A stretch of 47,294 nt of DNA, taken from the NCBI GenBank assembly GCA_049598495.1, contig JBMYNR010000010.1, positions 1 to 47,294 of the forward strand, in the 5' to 3' direction. The notes below the pieces were generated by a model. That model searched no databases. It worked only from the letters and a program-made list of their open reading frames with translations, and was not told where the DNA came from. Below, piece by piece: positions 43,193-47,294 of this stretch. Origin of the DNA: Opitutales bacterium (GTDB taxonomy: Bacteria; Verrucomicrobiota; Verrucomicrobiia; Opitutales; Coraliomargaritaceae). Positions within the stretch are counted from its first letter, which is position 1. The number at the start of each line of letters is the position of its first letter. The position numbers and the translations under genes were made by a program.

Positions 43193-43223
43193 AAAAAGGC
43201 GAAGCCGATGACTCGGCTTCGCC
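43193..43223 (-). terminator. Rho-independent terminator between convergent genes
   Basis: AAAAA-GGCGAAGCCGA-tgac-TCGGCTTCGCC; perfect 11-bp stem with the U-tract on the minus strand. Confidence 0.85.
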
Positions 43224-43266
43224 CTGAAATTCCAGTGCCAATAGTAGACACACTCGGTAACTTTGA

Positions 43267-43571
43267 CTACTTACCTTTGTTCAGCCATTCAGTAACGTCA
43301 ACCGAATCGTCACCATTGCTATCCCACTTCTCAAAATCTGTAGCGAACTGTTTTTCCGGCTCTGGGAACTTTGCATTATAGGCATCGACACCATGACCTT
43401 GTTTAATGAACCAGTCTCTAGTGCCGTCGATTCTCGCAGCAACGTATTCTTCCTTAGTTAGTAAACCATTCTTGTCTGCATCATTGCGCTTGAAGGCGCC
43501 CGGTGCTTTTGCCGCAAAAACACTGCTTGAAACGAATACTAAACTCAATGTGAACAGAATTATTTGTTCAT
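43267..43571 (-). CDS. Small secreted EF-hand protein; likely start codon is out of frame (possible pseudogene or sequence error)
   Basis: Two EF loops, DADKNGLLTKEE and DSNGDDSVDVTE; signal-peptide core IILFTLSLVFVSSSVFA. The ATG at 43571 reads ATG AAC AAA TAA, one base short of frame. Confidence 0.7.
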
Positions 43572-43784
43572 AATCAATATTTATATAGGGTGTATGTTTA
43601 TAGGACCAGAGAGAACTGTTCAAAACGCAACAAGAAGCCGCGGTTCAAGAAAATTATTGATAAATACAAGATAGAGATTGGTCATGCGAGCTTCTGTCGG
43701 CATGGTGAATACTTAGCGGAAATCCCGAGCGTAATCTCACATAAACTCATACCGCCAACAAAATTCCTCTCAATTTGTTTCTCC

Positions 43785-45536
43785 CTAAGACAGTTCCGCG
43801 TGAAAATTGTTCCCCGCGGTGGTCGCCTTAACATAGCCCTTACGAATTGTGAAGTCACCAAAGCGCTCCCCGTCATTCCGCTCTTTTGCGTAGTCTAGTA
43901 GAATGGGCTTCAACTCATCGATGATCTGTTCATGCGTGACGGAACTACGATAGAGTTTGTTTAAGCGCTCCCCATCAAAACCAGCTCCCAAATAAAGATT
44001 ATACTTACCCGGCACTTTACCGACGAGACCGATCTCACCCAGATACGGTCGGCCACAACCATTCGGACAACCCGTCGACCGGATCACTATTTCGTCATTT
44101 TGCAGACCTGCTTCTTCGAGAATCACCTCAAGGTCGGAAACCAGGTTGGGCAGATAGCGCTCAGACTCGGCCAGCGCAAGGCCACAGGTCGGCAAGGCAA
44201 CACAGGCAATCTGGCTACGGCGCATACCGGAGGCAGTCTTGTAAGCGTCGAGACCATATTCGGCAACGAGTGCATCAATCGTATCCTTATCTTCCGGTGC
44301 CACGTTTCCAATGACCACGTTTTGGTTACCCGTCAAACGGAAGTCTCCCCGGTGGATCTTCGCGATTTTACGCATCCCGGTCTTAAGCAGCTTGCCATCC
44401 TTATCAACCACACGACCGCCCTCGATAAAGAGCCCGAGATTCCATTTGCCATCGTTGCCCTCCATCCAACCGAAGCGGTCACTGGTGCTTGTAAATTTAT
44501 ATTCACGCGGATCCTCCAGCGCATAGCCGAGTCGCGTCTCTAACTCATTGCGAATCCAATCAGCCCCCAGACGCTCGACCGTATATTTGAAACGTGCATT
44601 GGTGCGCTCGACCCGATTGCCATGGTCGCGCTGGATCGTAACGATTTTCTCGGCCACCGCGACTGCCTGGTCGGGCCTACAGAAAGCGATCACATCCGCA
44701 AGACGCGGAAAGGTCTTCTCGTTACCATGAGTCATGCCCATGCCCCCGCCCACGGTTACATTGAAGCCAACCAGCTTACCGCTCTCAACAATCGCGATAA
44801 AGCCTAGGCAGTTAGCGAAAATATCTACGTCGTTGTAAGGTGGAACCGCGACTGCAATTTTGAACTTTCTAGGGAGGTAAGTCTTGCCGTAGAGAGGCTC
44901 TACCTCGTCGCCGCCGCAGTCCTTCGAGCGCTCGGCAGCCTGATCAATCCCAAGTTTGATCGGCTTACCGTCCAGCCACATCTCCGAAAACGCCGGTGTC
45001 TGCGGCTTTAAATGAGCGTCGATCTCTTCGGTGACTCGTTGGACCGCTTCGTATATTTCCGAGGCGAAGGGAACGGGGTTGCACATTACGTTGCGGTTCA
45101 CGTCACCACAGGCAGCCAGCGTTGTCATCGCGGCGTCGTTACAGCGGCTGATCACATCTTTCAAATTACCCTTAAGGATTCCGTGCAACTGGAAGGCTTG
45201 TCGGGTTGTCAGCTTGAGTGTGTTGAAAGCACAATAATTGGCCAGCTCATCGACAATCATCCACTGCTCAGGGGTGCAGACACCACCCGGGAGACAGATG
45301 CGTGCAAGAAAGGAATACGCTTTGTCCAGCTTATGCTTTCGGCGCTGAGCACGAACATCGCGGTCATCCTGCTGATAGAGCCCGTGGAATTTAGTCAGCT
45401 GCTGGTCATCGGCCGCAATTGAGCCTGTCGAGACGTCAGCAAGGCTCTCAAGAATCGTGCCACGAAGATAATCACTGCGTGTCTTGATTCCCTCGTTCTT
45501 GTGAAGCTGAGGAGCGGATTGACTGTCAGAAATCAT
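43785..45536 (-). CDS. cysI: Assimilatory sulfite reductase hemoprotein subunit
   Basis: KFHG.YQQDDRD, LTTRQ.FQ.HG, ACGDVNRN, YLPRKFK, ACVALPTCGLA and TGCPNGC (siroheme/4Fe-4S Cys). Start at MISDSQ. Confidence 0.95.
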   Translation of the reverse strand: MISDSQSAPQLHKNEGIKTRSDYLRGTILESLADVSTGSIAADDQQLTKFHGLYQQDDRDVRAQRRKHKLDKAYSFLARICLPGGVCTPEQWMIVDELANYCAFNTLKLTTRQAFQLHGILKGNLKDVISRCNDAAMTTLAACGDVNRNVMCNPVPFASEIYEAVQRVTEEIDAHLKPQTPAFSEMWLDGKPIKLGIDQAAERSKDCGGDEVEPLYGKTYLPRKFKIAVAVPPYNDVDIFANCLGFIAIVESGKLVGFNVTVGGGMGMTHGNEKTFPRLADVIAFCRPDQAVAVAEKIVTIQRDHGNRVERTNARFKYTVERLGADWIRNELETRLGYALEDPREYKFTSTSDRFGWMEGNDGKWNLGLFIEGGRVVDKDGKLLKTGMRKIAKIHRGDFRLTGNQNVVIGNVAPEDKDTIDALVAEYGLDAYKTASGMRRSQIACVALPTCGLALAESERYLPNLVSDLEVILEEAGLQNDEIVIRSTGCPNGCGRPYLGEIGLVGKVPGKYNLYLGAGFDGERLNKLYRSSVTHEQIIDELKPILLDYAKERNDGERFGDFTIRKGYVKATTAGNNFHAELS

Positions 45537-45622
45537 AATGTACCCGTAATAAATGTCATCACTTTGACGATGCAAATGCGAATGCAAGCATTCAGAAAAG
45601 ATTTGTCATCACACAATTCGTT

Positions 45623-45659
45623 CTTTTCTTAGGTTTGTCACTCAAAAACCTAAGAAAAG
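45623..45659. promoter_or_regulatory. Perfect 14-bp inverted repeat in the divergent cysI-cysJ promoter region
   Basis: CTTTTCTTAGGTTT-gtcactcaa-AAACCTAAGAAAAG. Confidence 0.6.
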
Positions 45660-45730
45660 CCTGCAAATCACCCAATTTGGCTAGCATTTCAGGCAATCAG
45701 TGCTTTCATACGAAGCTTTCCCAAAGAACT

Positions 45731-47294
45731 ATGAGCCAACCCGACCCTGTCGTCCCGAACAACGCACCACTCGCTCCCGAGCAGGCGGCCTCGTTGAACA
45801 GCCTTCTCAAAGGCCTACAAGCTGATCAGCTCCTCTGGATGGAGGGCTTTATTAGTGGCCTACGCGCAAGCTCCGGTGCCCCCGCAGCGGGAGCGACCGC
45901 CGCAGTCCCTGCCCCGGAATTGACCGTGCTCTACGGCACTGAGTCGGGTAACTCGGAAGCGCTGGCCGATCAGACCGCCAAGGCCGCCAAGGCCAAGGGA
46001 TTCAAAGCCCGCGCGATGAATATGGCGGACACGAAAGTTGCCCAATTAAGAGAGATAGAGAATCTCCTCGTGATCGTCAGCACCTGGGGCGAAGGCGATC
46101 CACCGGAGACTGCGGTCGATTTCTATGAGACCTTCATGAGCGACAAGGCTCCAAAGCTGAACAATACTCGCTTCTCAGTACTTGGGCTTGGCGACACCAG
46201 CTACGAGGATTTCTGCAAAATGGGCAAGGACTTCGACGCCCGTCTGGAGACACTTGGTGCTAAGCGTATCAGCGACCGTGTCGATTGCGATGTCGATTAC
46301 GACGACGACTTTGAAGCATGGAAAAACAAGGTGCTCGCGGTCTTGGAAGCCGAAGCCAAGCCGGCCGCAACAGCCACCACGGTTGCACCCCCTGCGCCAG
46401 CAGCTCCCGTCAAATACTCCCGGAAGAACCCCTTCCCCGCGGAGCTATCCGAGCGCATCCTGCTCAACGGGGAGGGCTCCGCCAAGGAGACGATCCACCT
46501 TGAATTTAACCTGGAAGGTTCAGGGCTCAGTTATGAAACGGGCGACGCACTCGCGGTCCTGCCTCATAATGCCCAAGACGTCGTTGAGGATATCATCAAA
46601 ACCGCTGGGCTCGATGCAGACGCACTCGTCCAGATAAAGGACCAGGAGTTCACCCTCCAGGAGGCACTCACCAGCCAGCTTGATATCACAGCCATCTCCC
46701 TCCCCGTTCTCAAGCGATACAATGAAATAGCGAAGGATAAGAAGCTGCAAAAACTTCTCGATCCGAACAATAAATCCGAGCTCCAGGACTACCTCTACGG
46801 GCGCGAGATCATCGATGTGCTACAGGATTTTCCGGCCAAGGCAATCTCTGCAAATGCCCTCGTTGGTGTCATGCGTAAATTGCCCCCCCGTCTCTACTCC
46901 ATCGCATCCAGCCCGAATGCACACCCCGGCGAGGTCCACCTAACGGTGGGTGTCGTTCGTTACGATGCACACGGGCGTAAGCGCAAAGGGGTCTGCTCCA
47001 CCTACCTCGCCGATCGGATCGAAAAGGGTGGCAAAGCCGATGTCTTCGTCACACCGAACAAACATTTCAAGATTCCTTCTGACCCGAATGCACCCATGAT
47101 CATGGTTGGGCCGGGCACAGGAATCGCACCCTTTCGAGCCTTCATCGAAGAGCGCAAGGAACTCGGCGCGAAGGGCAAGAACTGGCTCTTCTTTGGCGAC
47201 CAACACTATCTAACCGACTTCCTCTACCAGACCGAATGGCAGGAATACCTCGCCGACGGCATTCTGAACAAACTCGACTTGGCCTTCTCACGCG
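45731..47294 (+). CDS. cysJ: Assimilatory sulfite reductase flavoprotein subunit (truncated by window end; absent from the ORF track)
   Basis: Hand-translated from ATG 45731: MSQPDP...QLLWMEGF, flavodoxin motifs TVLYGTESGNSE, STWGEGDPP and LGLGDTSY..FC, FAD motif RLYSIASS (46889, in frame), GVCSTYL, MVGPGTGIAPFRAF, WLFFG. Confidence 0.95.
   Translation, partial: MSQPDPVVPNNAPLAPEQAASLNSLLKGLQADQLLWMEGFISGLRASSGAPAAGATAAVPAPELTVLYGTESGNSEALADQTAKAAKAKGFKARAMNMADTKVAQLREIENLLVIVSTWGEGDPPETAVDFYETFMSDKAPKLNNTRFSVLGLGDTSYEDFCKMGKDFDARLETLGAKRISDRVDCDVDYDDDFEAWKNKVLAVLEAEAKPAATATTVAPPAPAAPVKYSRKNPFPAELSERILLNGEGSAKETIHLEFNLEGSGLSYETGDALAVLPHNAQDVVEDIIKTAGLDADALVQIKDQEFTLQEALTSQLDITAISLPVLKRYNEIAKDKKLQKLLDPNNKSELQDYLYGREIIDVLQDFPAKAISANALVGVMRKLPPRLYSIASSPNAHPGEVHLTVGVVRYDAHGRKRKGVCSTYLADRIEKGGKADVFVTPNKHFKIPSDPNAPMIMVGPGTGIAPFRAFIEERKELGAKGKNWLFFGDQHYLTDFLYQTEWQEYLADGILNKLDLAFSR

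Overview
Bacterial chromosomal window, most likely Verrucomicrobiota (Opitutia/Coraliomargarita-like). This is inferred from a tandem-fused UvrA, co-occurring RNase HII and HIII, and a DSMDFLDIVMELRK-type ACP; it was not verified by search. Most of the window is housekeeping: purH, ispF, ndk, pgpA, pgsA, rnhB, katG, rnhC, manC, ruvX, tRNA-Gly(TCC), dus, glnS, galK, a DtxR/MntR regulator, cdd, galE, a fabF-ACP-FAD oxidoreductase cluster, uvrA, and divergent cysI/cysJ (cysJ runs off the window end and is missing from the ORF track). The accessory part is a ~9.5 kb plus-strand island (4723-14192) between pgsA and rnhB. Its backbone is a yeeABC-like trio: an MmeI-like N6-adenine methyltransferase, an SF2 helicase and a GIY-YIG nuclease. 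Four cargo genes sit between the methylase and helicase: a membrane-anchored coiled-coil protein, a DUF2513 protein, a wHTH-DUF488 fusion, and an uncharacterised partner with two sliding-clamp-binding-like motifs. There is also an apparent remnant of a deleted Schlafen/AlbA-type gene. The wHTH-DUF488 pair is the best candidate for an undescribed system. The window also carries REP-like palindromes (one inserted in frame in rnhB), a 107-bp tandem repeat after tRNA-Gly, and heptamer micro-arrays in both intergenic and coding DNA. All family assignments come from reading motifs by eye; no searches were run.
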